Source: a virus (Duplodnaviria; Heunggongvirae; Uroviricota; Caudoviricetes). Taken from it: a stretch of 33,489 nucleotides of DNA. The notes beneath the pieces are model-generated. The model worked only from the letters and a program-made list of their open reading frames with translations. It made no database searches and was not told the origin of the DNA. The DNA is taken from IMG/VR virus record IMGVR_UViG_2541047932_000021; one strand, 5' to 3'. This document shows positions 18,215-28,392 of this stretch, in pieces; position 1 is the stretch's first letter; the number at the start of each line of letters is the position of its first letter. Both the position numbers and the translations under genes were made by a program.

Positions 18215-18792
18215 GCGCAGAACTCATGCGACTGCTGAGCAACATCATCCGCACCGGGATCATCTCTGAAGTTGATGAGAAGTCCTGGCGCGTGCGCGTT
18301 CGCAGCGGCGAACTGGAAACAGGCTGGTTGCGCTGGAACACCACGCGCGCGGGAGCCTTCAATGTGTGGCTGCCGCCATCACCAGGCGAACAGGTGGTAA
18401 TTGCCTGCATTGGCGGCAACCCGGAAACCGCCATGATAATTGGCAGCCTGTGGAGTGATGCCAGTCCGGCCCCCGGCAAAAGCCTGAAAGAAATCGTGGT
18501 CAGCGCGCCGGATGGCGCGGTGTTCCGCTACGACGCAGACGCTGGCGCACTGAGCGCCAGCGGCATGAAAACAGCCACCCTGCAGGCATCCGTCAGCGTG
18601 ACACTGGATACGCCCGTCGTGGAATGCACAAACCTTCTGAGAACAGCGACGCTTGACGTCACAAAAGGGGGAAAGATGAGCGGCAATATCACGCACAGCG
18701 GCGGCAACTTCACCTCAAACGGCATCACAGTGCATACGCATAAACACGGTGGCGTTAAAGGTGGCAGCGATTCGACAGGAGGCCCGCAGTGA
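18211..18792 (+). CDS. V: Baseplate spike protein gpV
   Basis: 193 aa; strong similarity to P2 gpV (IRTGII, LDTPVVECTN, VHTHKHGG). Confidence 0.9.
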   Translation: MSAELMRLLSNIIRTGIISEVDEKSWRVRVRSGELETGWLRWNTTRAGAFNVWLPPSPGEQVVIACIGGNPETAMIIGSLWSDASPAPGKSLKEIVVSAPDGAVFRYDADAGALSASGMKTATLQASVSVTLDTPVVECTNLLRTATLDVTKGGKMSGNITHSGGNFTSNGITVHTHKHGGVKGGSDSTGGPQ

Positions 18793-19139
18793 CAGCCCGC
18801 TACACAGGAATGAACCCGGACGGGACGGGAAACCTGAATGATATGGAGCACCTGAAACAGTCAGCCAGGGACATCCTGACCACCCCGCTGGCCAGCCGGG
18901 TTATGCGACGGGAATATGGCAGCCTTGTACCTGATTTGATTGACGAACCCATGAATAACACCACGCGTCTGCAATGCATGAGTGCTGCCGTGATTGCGCT
19001 GACACGATGGGAACCCCGCATTGCCCTGGACGCCATCGACGTTGTCTGGAAAGCGGGAGGCCGCGCCGGGGTGACGCTGTCGGGCACAGTCATGCAGACC
19101 ATGCAGAATGTTGAGTTAACCATCACGCTGAGGGAGTAA
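18789..19139 (+). CDS. W: Baseplate wedge protein gpW
   Basis: 116 aa, GTG start overlapping the V stop. Confidence 0.85.
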   Translation: MTARYTGMNPDGTGNLNDMEHLKQSARDILTTPLASRVMRREYGSLVPDLIDEPMNNTTRLQCMSAAVIALTRWEPRIALDAIDVVWKAGGRAGVTLSGTVMQTMQNVELTITLRE

Positions 19140-19142
19140 ATC

Positions 19143-20039
19143 ATGCCTGCTGTTGACCTTTCCCAGTTACCGGAACCCGCCATCATCGCGGAGCCTGACT
19201 TTGAAGCAATTCTGGCTGACACAAAGGCCATGATGATTGCGTCCTATCCTGCCGAACAGCGTGAAGCCGTCTCCGCCGCGCTGGAGCTGGAATCGGAGCC
19301 CCTGAACGTTATCGCTCAAACCATGTCTTTTCGTGAAATGCTGTTACGCCAGCGGGTTAACGAGGGCGCACGCGCCTGCATGTTAAGCCACGGTTCAGGA
19401 ACAAACCTGGACAACCTCGCGGGCAATATGAACACAAAGCGCCTGGTTATCACTCCGGCAACGGATACCACCGACGCGGTGATGGAGAGCGACACCTCGC
19501 TGAGACTGCGGGCGCAGCGGGCGTATGACGGCCTGAGTGTTGCTGGCCCGTCAGGTGCATACGAGTATTTTGCACGCAGCGCCAGCGGTCTGGTGCGTAA
19601 TGCGCGGGCCATCAGCCCGTCTCCGGCCTGTGTGACGGTTTCCATTCTGTCCACTGAAGGCGACGGCACAGCAACGGAGGCGTTGCTTAATACCGTTCGC
19701 GCCGTTCTGAATGCAGAGGATACCCGCCCGGTGGCCGACCGCCTGACGGTACAGAGCGCCAGAATCGTGACATGGCGGCTGAATGCAAAACTGTACTTTT
19801 ACCCCGGCCCGGAATCCGAACCTATTCTGGCCGCGGCGGAATCGTCATTCAGGAAGTGGCTGGCTGAACAGGGGCTTATCGGTCAGGACGTGGCGTTGTC
19901 CGCCATTGCTGCCGCACTGCATGTGCACGGTGTGCAACGCGTGGAGATAATCGAACCCACACAGAATATGGCCATCAGCGACATACAGGCGGCGCGCTGT
20001 GAGTCATTCACCATCAGCGAAGGTGGGCGCAATGAGTAA
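19143..20039 (+). CDS. J: Baseplate assembly protein gpJ
   Basis: 298 aa, position and P2 gpJ-like sequence. Confidence 0.85.
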   Translation: MPAVDLSQLPEPAIIAEPDFEAILADTKAMMIASYPAEQREAVSAALELESEPLNVIAQTMSFREMLLRQRVNEGARACMLSHGSGTNLDNLAGNMNTKRLVITPATDTTDAVMESDTSLRLRAQRAYDGLSVAGPSGAYEYFARSASGLVRNARAISPSPACVTVSILSTEGDGTATEALLNTVRAVLNAEDTRPVADRLTVQSARIVTWRLNAKLYFYPGPESEPILAAAESSFRKWLAEQGLIGQDVALSAIAAALHVHGVQRVEIIEPTQNMAISDIQAARCESFTISEGGRNE

Positions 20040-20640
20040 TTCACTGTTACCACCATCAGCCAGCAATTTCATGCGTTGTGCCGAAGCCGTCGGAACACGC
20101 ATTACAGACATTCCGGTAGACCTCAACACGCTGTGGTCGCCGGACACCTGCCCGGTGCATCTGCTGCCTTATCTCGCCTGGGCGTTTTCCGTTGACCGCT
20201 GGGATCGCAACTGGCCGGAAGAGACAAAGCGACAGGTGATTCGTGATGCATGGCTGACACACCGACACAAAGGGACCATCAGCGCACTGCGAAGAGCCGT
20301 GGAGCCTCTCGGCTACCTGATTGAAGTAAAGGAGTGGTGGCAACTCAACGAGGAGCCAGGAACATTTCGCATTGTTGTCGGAGTACTTGATCAGGGCATC
20401 ACCGATGAAATGTATCAGGAACTTGAGCGCCTTATTGCGGATGCAAAACCAGTAAGTCGCCATCTGACGGGGCTGGCGATCAGCCTGAGTGTGAACGGAA
20501 AGATTTTCGTTGGTACGGGATGCTATCACGGCGATGCCCTGACGGTTTATCCCTACATCCCGGAGTCCATTATTGTCGAAGGGGATTATTTCCCTGCCCC
20601 GGCCATTCATTTAATTGATAATCTGAGAGTAAACGCATGA
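20032..20640 (+). CDS. I: Baseplate / tail formation protein gpI
   Basis: ATG 20032 overlaps the J stop; [14 protein letters not shown] and VSRHLTG motifs as in P2 gpI. Confidence 0.85.
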   Translation: MSNSLLPPSASNFMRCAEAVGTRITDIPVDLNTLWSPDTCPVHLLPYLAWAFSVDRWDRNWPEETKRQVIRDAWLTHRHKGTISALRRAVEPLGYLIEVKEWWQLNEEPGTFRIVVGVLDQGITDEMYQELERLIADAKPVSRHLTGLAISLSVNGKIFVGTGCYHGDALTVYPYIPESIIVEGDYFPAPAIHLIDNLRVNA

Positions 20641-22640
20641 CAGTGAAATACTACGCCATTCTGACTAATCAGGGCGCGGCACGACTGGCTAACGCGACGA
20701 TGCTCGGCAGTAAGCTGAATCTGACGCAAATGGCCGTTGGTGATGCAAATGGTGTGTTACCAACACCAGACCCTGCACAAACAAAACTGATTAACCAGAA
20801 ACGCATTGCACCGCTGAATCTTCTGAATGTTGACCCTAACAATCAGAGCCAGATTATTGCGGAGCAAATCATCCCTGAAGACGAGGGAGGATTCTGGATC
20901 CGTGAGATTGGTCTTTATGATGATAAAGGTGTACTCATTGCGGTGGCAAACTGCCCGGAAACGTACAAACCGCAGTTGCAGGAAGGCAGTGGACGCACCC
21001 AGACTATCCGCATGATTCTGGTTGTCACGAACACCAAAGCCATCACGCTGAAAATCGACCCGTCTGTGGTTCTGGCAACCCGCAAATATGTGGATGATAA
21101 AATCTCAAAGCACGAGCAGTCACGACGTCACCCGGACGCCTCGCTGACCGCAAAAGGCTTTGTTCAACTCAGTAGCGCCACCAACAGCGATTCAGAAACG
21201 CTGGCGGCAACACCAAAGGCGGTAAAGGCAGCCTATGACCTTGCTAACGGGAAATATACCGCACAGGACGCCACGACAGCACAAAAAGGCATTGTCCAGC
21301 TCAGTAGCGCCACCAACAGCGATTCAGAAACGCTGGCGGCAACACCAAAGGCGGTAAAGGCAGCCTATGACCTTGCTAACGGGAAATATACCGCACAGGA
21401 CGCCACGACGGCACAAAAAGGAATTGTCCAGCTCAGTAGTGCAACCAACAGCACATCTGAAACGCTTGCTGCAACACCGAAAGCAGTGAAAGCAGCTAAT
21501 GACAATGCGAATGGTCGGGTACCTTCTGCCCGTAAGGTGAATGGTAAGGCGCTTTCGGCGGATATAACACTGACGCCGAAAGATATTGGTACGCTTAACT
21601 CAACAACAATGTCATTCAGCGGTGGTGCTGGTTGGTTCAAATTAGCAACGGTAACCATGCCACAGGCGAGTTCTGTTGTTTCAATTACGTTGATTGGTGG
21701 CGCTGGATTTAACGTCGGTTCACCTCAACAGGCAGGTATATCTGAACTTGTTTTGCGTGCAGGTAATGGTAATCCGAAGGGGATTACTGGTGCTTTATGG
21801 CAGCGCACATCGACAGGGTTTACAAATTTTGCCTGGGTCAATACATCTGGTGATACTTACGATATTTACGTTGCAATCGGAAATTATGCGACTGGTGTAA
21901 ATATTCAATGGGATTATACCAGTAATGCCAGCGTGACGATTCATACGTCACCAGCATATTCTGCTAATAAGCCGGAAGGGTTAACGGACGGTACAGTTTA
22001 TTCACTCTATACGCCATCAGAGCAGTTTTATCCGCCTGGCGCACCAATCCCGTGGCCATCGGATACCGTTCCGTCTGGTTATGCCCTGATGCAGGGGCAG
22101 ACTTTTGACAAATCTGCCTACCCGAAACTTGCAGCCGCTTATCCGTCAGGCGTGATCCCTGATATGCGTGGCTGGACGATTAAGGGCAAACCCGCCAGTG
22201 GCCGGGCCGTATTGTCTCAGGAACAGGACGGCATTAAATCGCACACCCACAGCGCCAGCGCATCCAATACGGATTTGGGGACGAAAACCACATCGTCGTT
22301 TGATTACGGTACTAAAACGACCAGTTCATTTGATTACGGCACAAAAACCACAAATAGCGCAGGAGCTCATTCACACAATATACCTGTTGGTCACACTGGC
22401 GCGGGGAATGGTGTATCAGCCGGTTATAACGCTGCGTTAGGTACTGGTACCACGTCGAGCGCAGGAGAGCATGCTCACAATGTATATATCGGTGCCCATA
22501 ACCACACTATCGGCATTGGTGCTCATGCCCATTCTGTCATTATTGGTCCCCACGGACACACCATCACCGTTAATGCTACGGGGAACGCAGAAAACACCGT
22601 AAAAAACATCGCATTTAACTATATTGTGAGGCTTGCATAA
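20637..22640 (+). CDS. H: Tail fibre protein gpH with internal tandem repeats and His-rich C-terminal region
   Basis: 667 aa; N-terminus and C-terminus ([39 protein letters not shown]...[18 protein letters not shown]) match P2 gpH as recalled. Confidence 0.9.
   Translation: MTVKYYAILTNQGAARLANATMLGSKLNLTQMAVGDANGVLPTPDPAQTKLINQKRIAPLNLLNVDPNNQSQIIAEQIIPEDEGGFWIREIGLYDDKGVLIAVANCPETYKPQLQEGSGRTQTIRMILVVTNTKAITLKIDPSVVLATRKYVDDKISKHEQSRRHPDASLTAKGFVQLSSATNSDSETLAATPKAVKAAYDLANGKYTAQDATTAQKGIVQLSSATNSDSETLAATPKAVKAAYDLANGKYTAQDATTAQKGIVQLSSATNSTSETLAATPKAVKAANDNANGRVPSARKVNGKALSADITLTPKDIGTLNSTTMSFSGGAGWFKLATVTMPQASSVVSITLIGGAGFNVGSPQQAGISELVLRAGNGNPKGITGALWQRTSTGFTNFAWVNTSGDTYDIYVAIGNYATGVNIQWDYTSNASVTIHTSPAYSANKPEGLTDGTVYSLYTPSEQFYPPGAPIPWPSDTVPSGYALMQGQTFDKSAYPKLAAAYPSGVIPDMRGWTIKGKPASGRAVLSQEQDGIKSHTHSASASNTDLGTKTTSSFDYGTKTTSSFDYGTKTTNSAGAHSHNIPVGHTGAGNGVSAGYNAALGTGTTSSAGEHAHNVYIGAHNHTIGIGAHAHSVIIGPHGHTITVNATGNAENTVKNIAFNYIVRLA
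21168..21563 (+). repeat. Three in-frame tandem 132-bp (44-aa) repeats inside gene H
   Basis: Unit starts at 21168, 21300 and 21432; copies 1 and 2 differ at 2 of 132 nt; copy 3 is diverged. Confidence 0.9.
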
Positions 22641-23218
22641 TGACATTCAGAATGAGTGAACAATCACGGACCATAAAAATTTATAATCTACTGACCGGAA
22701 CCAATGAGTTTATTGGTGAAGGTGATGCATACATTTCACCTCATACAGGTCTGCCTGCAAACAGTACCGATATTGCCCCGCCAGATATTCCGGCTGGCTT
22801 CGTGGCCGTTTTCAACAGTGATGAGGCATCGTGGCATCTCGTTGAAGACCATCGGGGTAAAACGGTTTATGACGTGGCATCAGGGGACTCGTTATTTATT
22901 TCTGAACTCGGTCCGTTACCGGAAAATGTTACCTGGTTGTCGCCGTATGGAGAGTATCAGAAGTGGAACGGCACATCCTGGGTGAAAGATGCAGAAGCAG
23001 AAAAACTATTTCGGATAAGGGAGGCGGAAGAAACAAAAAACAGCCTGATGCAGGTAGCCAGTGAGCATATTGCACCACTTCAGGATGCTATAGATTTAGA
23101 TATTGCGACGGAGGAAGAGACATCGTTACTGGCTGCATGGAAGACATATCGAGTATTGTTGCATCGTGTTGATACAACAGTAGCAGCAGATATTGAGTGG
23201 CCAGTCGCCCCACAATAA
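22640..23218 (+). CDS. G: Tail fibre assembly chaperone gpG
   Basis: 192 aa; ATG overlaps the H stop; Tfa-like sequence. Confidence 0.85.
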   Translation: MTFRMSEQSRTIKIYNLLTGTNEFIGEGDAYISPHTGLPANSTDIAPPDIPAGFVAVFNSDEASWHLVEDHRGKTVYDVASGDSLFISELGPLPENVTWLSPYGEYQKWNGTSWVKDAEAEKLFRIREAEETKNSLMQVASEHIAPLQDAIDLDIATEEETSLLAAWKTYRVLLHRVDTTVAADIEWPVAPQ

Positions 23219-23227
23219 AAAGAAAAA

Positions 23228-23251
23228 GCCATCGATAGAAATATCGATGGC
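23228..23251. terminator. Bidirectional hairpin terminator between convergent G and the acetyltransferase gene
   Basis: Perfect 10-bp stem GCCATCGATA / TATCGATGGC with GAAA loop, flanked by an A-run upstream and TTTAT downstream. Confidence 0.6.
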
Positions 23252-23261
23252 TTTATGTACT

Positions 23262-23834
23262 CTATTTATACAATACAGCACCGCTCTTTTTAGTTATATA
23301 TGTGCAGTTCGATGGTATATCTTTATTTATAAAAGACATTGCACCTATTTTTACATTATCCCCAATTTTACGGGATAATCCAATGATGCAACAATTAGCT
23401 CCGATATCAACGTTGCTACCAATTTTTACTCTTGAACCAGGTATGTCACCATCTATCTGTCCAATGGTCGTATTCTGTCGTAACACCAGATTTTCACCAG
23501 CATCAACAGCAAAATGAACAACAATTCCAGCATGATGGGGAATTGTTAACCCTTTTCCAATATTTGCGCCCAATCCAATTTCGCAACCAAATTTGTTAAT
23601 TATTTTACTGTTTAACTTCTTGGCTGCTTTCTTATGTAATTTATTACCATTAATATACATTTCGTTAGCCAACCGCCACCAGAAAAGGAAATTCCTGTTA
23701 CGCTGCTTTTTCTCTCTTAAAAGCCTCCAGATATCCATACGTTTCCGCCGAATTACTTCATGTTTCCAGAAGTTTTTTAAATTAGTAGAGTTCCCAAATA
23801 AAACAAAGTGAATTGCCATTAGGTAAGACAGCAC
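23262..23834 (-). CDS. Hexapeptide-repeat (left-handed beta-helix) acetyltransferase, CysE/NodL/NeuO-like; AT-rich cargo gene
   Basis: Core HHAGIVVHFAVDAGENLVLRQNTTIG...KIGSNVDIGANCCIIG; start set at GTG 23834 with AAGGAG 6 nt upstream (ORF track begins at 23867); AT-rich compared with flanking tail genes. Confidence 0.65.
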   Translation of the reverse strand: MLSYLMAIHFVLFGNSTNLKNFWKHEVIRRKRMDIWRLLREKKQRNRNFLFWWRLANEMYINGNKLHKKAAKKLNSKIINKFGCEIGLGANIGKGLTIPHHAGIVVHFAVDAGENLVLRQNTTIGQIDGDIPGSRVKIGSNVDIGANCCIIGLSRKIGDNVKIGAMSFINKDIPSNCTYITKKSGAVLYK

Positions 23835-23990
23835 GATAATCTCCTTAATTATTATTTCAGACCACACATGTTATAAGGTTAAGAGATTATAAAATCCTGT
23901 TGTTTATTATTCAAAAACAATTTTCTGAGAAGGACATACAACAGCAAGTCGCCAGTCACCTTCATCAGGAAATTGGCGACATACGTTAAA

Positions 23991-24485
23991 TCAGAGCAGC
24001 CCCTTAACTGAGCTGGCCGCGCTATTAAGGGATGATGTCACCTTATCTTTGAAGCCGGACAACATATCGCTGAACGATGAGGATTGCAGGCGCTCCCGCA
24101 AATCCTCATCACAGCGTTCAAGAGTCAGTGAAAATTCTATCTTTTTCGCCTTACCGTAGCGATCAAACTCGGAACGGCTCGTATTCGTTTCAGTCAGTAC
24201 ATACATGCCGTAAATCTGCCCGACACCATCAATCAGAGGCCAGGGCCGTCCTGTATATGCCTGCGTGGTCAGCAATGAAAGCGACACTTCGCCACCTGTA
24301 ATTTCAGGATAAAGCACGCCGGAAAGCACAATGCGATCATCACCTGCACCGATATACTGCCAGCTTGCTGAACGGTTAACGCGTTCATTTTTCACATGCC
24401 GCCAGCTTTTGTTTTGCTGTAACTGCTGATGCGGCAATGTGCGCAGCTCAAAAACAAACATGCCGTAGATCATCATCATGACCAT
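23991..24485 (-). CDS. U: Tail protein gpU
   Basis: 164 aa; P2 gpU-like. Confidence 0.8.
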   Translation of the reverse strand: MVMMMIYGMFVFELRTLPHQQLQQNKSWRHVKNERVNRSASWQYIGAGDDRIVLSGVLYPEITGGEVSLSLLTTQAYTGRPWPLIDGVGQIYGMYVLTETNTSRSEFDRYGKAKKIEFSLTLERCDEDLRERLQSSSFSDMLSGFKDKVTSSLNSAASSVKGLL

Positions 24486-24491
24486 GACTCC

Positions 24492-27308
24492 TCAATCTTT
24501 ATCGTAAAAACTGCCACGTCCGGCACGGGCGCGCCGTTCCATCTCTGCCCTGACCATTTCACCGACCAGTTTCGCCAGTTCGCGGGGATTCTGCGTAACA
24601 ACGTTATGCAGATGAACATGAATTTCACCGCAAAATCCGGAGACAGCAGGCTCCCGGTTACGGGAAGTTGCAGGAACTGATGCCACTGGCGATCGTATGG
24701 CCTCCGCCACCGGGCGGGAGCTGGCCGCAACAACAGGGACCAGCGCCGGAGGCAGCGGAGCCGAGACCACGGGTGTGATATTAATTGCGGGGGCAGGCTT
24801 ACTGACCTGCGCAATCTTCCGCTCCTGCCACTCCCCACGAACAGCAAGTGCGCGGGGCAGGTTCTTAAAGACAATATCGCCGGGGCCAATGCGTTTTTTC
24901 GTCTCATCAACCAGCTTACCTGTGTTATCAGCAATTTTGCTGAGTCTGCGTAGCGTCCCGGTATTGCTGTCTGTGAGCGGTTTGTTGTCTTTGGGTTTAT
25001 CACCTCCGGTGCCATTGCCATTTTCCACAGGCTTCGGCGGATTGATTTTCGCCAGGTCCCCCTGAAGCAAGGCAACCTTGTCCTGAAGAATGGCCGCACG
25101 CTGTGCGTCTTCGATTTTCTTGCGCGCCCTTTCCGCTTCATCCGGAAGGACACCAAGTTTTTCAAGTATCCACGCCAGCGTATCCAGTAGCATTTTTGCA
25201 GGTGTCAGAACAAGTTGTAACGCACCGCCAAGAACGTTACCGAATACCTCGCCAGCACTGGTGCATTTATCCAGCGTTTCCTTGCTGGACTCCATCGGTG
25301 ACAACAGCGATTTAAACCAGTTAAACACCAGGCTGATCCCGCTTCCGATTGCGTCAAAAACAGGGCCAAACCGTTCAAAGGTTTCACGCAACGGGGTCAG
25401 CCTTTCCATAATCCCGCTGAACACCCCGGCAAAAAATGCCCTGATGGGATCCCAGTATTTCCAGATAAGAACGGCAGCTCCGGCAAGCGCAGCCACGATA
25501 AGACCAACCGGACTGAACAGCGCCCCGATAGCGCCACCCAGCAAAGAAACAGAACCCGTCACCATTCCCCACAGCGCAGGCAACACCCTGATGACATTCA
25601 TTGACCGGGTAAGAATGTCGAAACCAAGACGCAAGGTGGCCAGCTTCCCGTAAAGCACCCCAATAACCAGCGACAACGAGCCAATCGTTGCAGTCATTGC
25701 CAGCAACGCACCGCCTGCTATCAGTAGCTGGCGCGTCAGTACCGGATGGGCCTGCGCCAGCGAGGTGATTTTTTCAAGCACCCGCGTGAGCCACTGCGTG
25801 ACAGAACGCAGCGGACCGTCAACCAGATCACTGATGCGAATACGAAGACCTTCCCATGCGCTGTCGAGATTTTTCAGGTCTCCATCAAGATTATCGGCCA
25901 TTACTTTTGCAACGCGATCGGCCTCTCCCCTTGCCCCCTGCAATTCTCTGGTCAGTTTTTGCAGTTCTCCTGAACCAGCCGCCGCAACAAGCGTCTGCAA
26001 ACCAACGAACGCCTCTTCTCCGGCGATGTCCTTGAAGAAGGAGACCTGGTCCACCTGTCCGTATTTTTGTGTCGCCTTATAGAGATCAAGCAGCACATCC
26101 TCCATCGGGCGCATTTTGCCTCTGGCGTCAGCAACTGACACCCCCAGCTCTTTCAGTGCATCAGCCGCAGCTTTTGGCGGTGATGCAAGGCGGGACAGAC
26201 TTGCGCGCATGGCCGTACCAGCATCGCTTCCGCGAAGACCATTATTGGCAAGCATCCCGGCCATGGCCGCCGCTTCTTCAAGACTGATACCAAGTTTTGC
26301 GGCAACCGGACCGGTATACTTCATGGTTTCGCCCAGCGCGCGTAAATCAGTATTGGTCCGGGTGAATGCTGCTGTCAGCGTATCGCCAACCCGGTCCATT
26401 TGATCGGCTGTCAGGTTGAACTGTGTGAGGATATTGGAGCCTATATCAGCCGTCTCGCCGAGTTCGACGCCACCTGCCAGCGCCATATTAAGAACACCGG
26501 GCAATGCGGTCTGAATGGCCTGCGGAGTAAAACCAGCCATTGCCAGAAAGCTCTGCCCACTGGCGGCATCACTCGCAGTAAACTGTGTTTCAGAACCAAG
26601 TTTTAACGCCTGCTCACGCAGCGCCTTAAACTGCGGGCTGTTTTTGTCGATTCGCGTCAGTGCCTGAACGCGGGACATCTCTTTGCCGAACCCGATCGCA
26701 GGCTGCAAAAAACGCCCGGCAGCATAGCCGCCAGCCGCTGCAGCACCAATTGCCAGCGCACCACCTGTTTTCAGTTTTCCCGCGGTTTCCTGCGCGCGCG
26801 AATACCGCTCACGCGCCCGCGTTACACGCGCAAGCGCCTGCCGTTCGCGTTCAAGCTGGTTGTTGTACTGTTCGGTGCGTCTGATGGCCTGCTGGATGGT
26901 GTTATCGCTGCCTGTCAGGGAAATGCCGTGGCGTTTCAGCTCTCCGCCAAGCTCCCGCATTTTCTGAATTTCCCGTGTGCGCGATTCATTCAGGCGTTCA
27001 AGCCGGGTGCTTAACTGCTGCATCAGCTTTTGTTGTTTTTCGCTGAGCACTGTACCCGTGCGTTGTAACTGATTAAGGGCGTTAAGCTGGCGTCGTGCTT
27101 TCACGATGCCAGCATCCGCTTTACTGACAGCGTCACGGGCGCGCTCAAATGAACGCGCCTGACGCTCGAGATTTTTGATCGCCCCCTGCGTTCGCTGGAT
27201 GGAGTCACCAAACTGCCCCATCAGGCGGCGGGCGTTTTCGGCAGGCCGGGTCAGCCTGTCAACGGCGCTGAAAGCGACCCGGATATCAAGAGTCTTCATT
27301 ATCTGCAT
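24492..27308 (-). CDS. T: Tail tape measure protein gpT
   Basis: 938 aa; long helical, Ala/Gly-rich protein downstream of E/E'. Confidence 0.85.
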   Translation of the reverse strand: MQIMKTLDIRVAFSAVDRLTRPAENARRLMGQFGDSIQRTQGAIKNLERQARSFERARDAVSKADAGIVKARRQLNALNQLQRTGTVLSEKQQKLMQQLSTRLERLNESRTREIQKMRELGGELKRHGISLTGSDNTIQQAIRRTEQYNNQLERERQALARVTRARERYSRAQETAGKLKTGGALAIGAAAAGGYAAGRFLQPAIGFGKEMSRVQALTRIDKNSPQFKALREQALKLGSETQFTASDAASGQSFLAMAGFTPQAIQTALPGVLNMALAGGVELGETADIGSNILTQFNLTADQMDRVGDTLTAAFTRTNTDLRALGETMKYTGPVAAKLGISLEEAAAMAGMLANNGLRGSDAGTAMRASLSRLASPPKAAADALKELGVSVADARGKMRPMEDVLLDLYKATQKYGQVDQVSFFKDIAGEEAFVGLQTLVAAAGSGELQKLTRELQGARGEADRVAKVMADNLDGDLKNLDSAWEGLRIRISDLVDGPLRSVTQWLTRVLEKITSLAQAHPVLTRQLLIAGGALLAMTATIGSLSLVIGVLYGKLATLRLGFDILTRSMNVIRVLPALWGMVTGSVSLLGGAIGALFSPVGLIVAALAGAAVLIWKYWDPIRAFFAGVFSGIMERLTPLRETFERFGPVFDAIGSGISLVFNWFKSLLSPMESSKETLDKCTSAGEVFGNVLGGALQLVLTPAKMLLDTLAWILEKLGVLPDEAERARKKIEDAQRAAILQDKVALLQGDLAKINPPKPVENGNGTGGDKPKDNKPLTDSNTGTLRRLSKIADNTGKLVDETKKRIGPGDIVFKNLPRALAVRGEWQERKIAQVSKPAPAINITPVVSAPLPPALVPVVAASSRPVAEAIRSPVASVPATSRNREPAVSGFCGEIHVHLHNVVTQNPRELAKLVGEMVRAEMERRARAGRGSFYDKD

Positions 27309-27552
27309 TCCCGCTGCGAAGTGCCGCCCGCTCGCGCCAGCTAACCACTTCGCCGGGCGTCATCATGAAGATTTCGGCGGGCGACCAGTTAAAAATGGCG
27401 GCAATATCCGCCACCAGATCTTCGATGTGCTCAAAGCACACCAGGGTGATTACGCTGCCGTCTCCTGCACGCTCTTCGCGCCAGAGTCTGGCTCGCTCAT
27501 AAAATTTACAGCCACTGCGCACAACTGAATAAAATCGCGTGACGACATTTTT
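27286..27552 (-). CDS. E' extension frame, expressed as an E+E' fusion by -1 frameshift
   Basis: -1 frame relative to E opens at 27552, immediately after a TAA in that frame, exactly at a run of 7 A on the coding strand (27548-27554). Confidence 0.55.
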   Translation of the reverse strand, partial: KNVVTRFYSVVRSGCKFYERARLWREERAGDGSVITLVCFEHIEDLVADIAAIFNWSPAEIFMMTPGEVVSWRERAALRSGNADNEDS

Positions 27553-27824
27553 TTAATCATCACTTCATCCAGTCGTGGCGAGGTCACGCGAGGCAACAGC
27601 GTAAACATGGTATCCGCTTTCAGATTCAGCACATCAGACAGCGACAGACCACGCAGGGATCCAGCCTGCTCAATAGCCCCGGTGATCTCCACATACGTGA
27701 TTTTTTCGCCACCACGCTCAATTGGTCGGGTCAGTTTTACGCCACGTTCGACAGCCATATCCTCACCTGCCGTCACATCATCCGCCACGGTGTTATTCCG
27801 GGTTTCAGTATCGATGTCTTTCAT
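27450..27824 (-). CDS. E: Tail assembly chaperone gpE
   Basis: 124 aa ORF between FII and T; start could be M23; overlaps E' in the -1 frame. Confidence 0.7.
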   Translation of the reverse strand: MKDIDTETRNNTVADDVTAGEDMAVERGVKLTRPIERGGEKITYVEITGAIEQAGSLRGLSLSDVLNLKADTMFTLLPRVTSPRLDEVMIKKMSSRDFIQLCAVAVNFMSEPDSGAKSVQETAA

Positions 27825-27879
27825 CAGTTGTCTCCTTTTCAGTCAAAGGCGACGCACTGCGCCGCCTGCATATTACTTA

Positions 27880-28392
27880 TCAGCCAAGCCCAAGCGCGGA
27901 ACGGATACGGTCAGGCACAATGTCCTTGCCGTCCTTCCGGTAGATGTGGTTCAACAGGTCGATTTCCCACAGCGGGCGATCGTTAACGCTCAGCTTGTAG
28001 TAGGTGTTTTTGACAGCGTAAGTGTGTGATGTGGCTTCGCCCTGTTTGGCTTCCCCCATATCAATTTCCGTCACACGCCCGCGCATCTCGATTTCATACA
28101 GATCGCTTTCTGCATCGGTGTAGTATTCACCCGCAAAACGCAGCAGCGTGCCGTCAATCGTGCCGCCATATTTAAGGAACAGCGCACGAACAGCTCCCCC
28201 CATGACAAAACTCGCATCAAGCGCGGAGTCGTCCAGACCGAGATCAATACTTACCGCCCCCATCATGCCACCACCACGATAGCTGTCGGTTTTGCGCGTC
28301 AGTTTGGGCGGCGTGACGGATGTCACTTTACCCACTTCGTTTTCACCATCCACAAACAACGTAAAAAAGCGAAGATGTTTTGGTACAGCCAT
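27880..28392 (-). CDS. FII: Major tail tube protein gpFII
   Basis: 170 aa; P2 FII-like. Confidence 0.85.
   Translation of the reverse strand: MAVPKHLRFFTLFVDGENEVGKVTSVTPPKLTRKTDSYRGGGMMGAVSIDLGLDDSALDASFVMGGAVRALFLKYGGTIDGTLLRFAGEYYTDAESDLYEIEMRGRVTEIDMGEAKQGEATSHTYAVKNTYYKLSVNDRPLWEIDLLNHIYRKDGKDIVPDRIRSALGLG

Noticed and set aside
21150-22360. Possible CRISPR-like array suggested by repeated sequence in the tail fibre region
   Set aside because: The repeats are in-frame, 132 bp, contiguous without spacers and encode a repeated fibre motif; not a CRISPR array.
23280-23830. NeuO-like heptanucleotide phase-variation repeats at the 5' end of the acetyltransferase gene
   Set aside because: No tandem heptamer tract is visible near the start; the gene does not look phase-variable by this mechanism.
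24697-26884. Plus-strand ORFs inside the tape measure gene (24697..25065, 25090..25653, 25765..26082, 26116..26403 and others) and minus-strand 24476..25165
   Set aside because: Antisense or alternative-frame ORFs in a long GC-rich gene; Ser/Ala/Pro-rich low-complexity translations.
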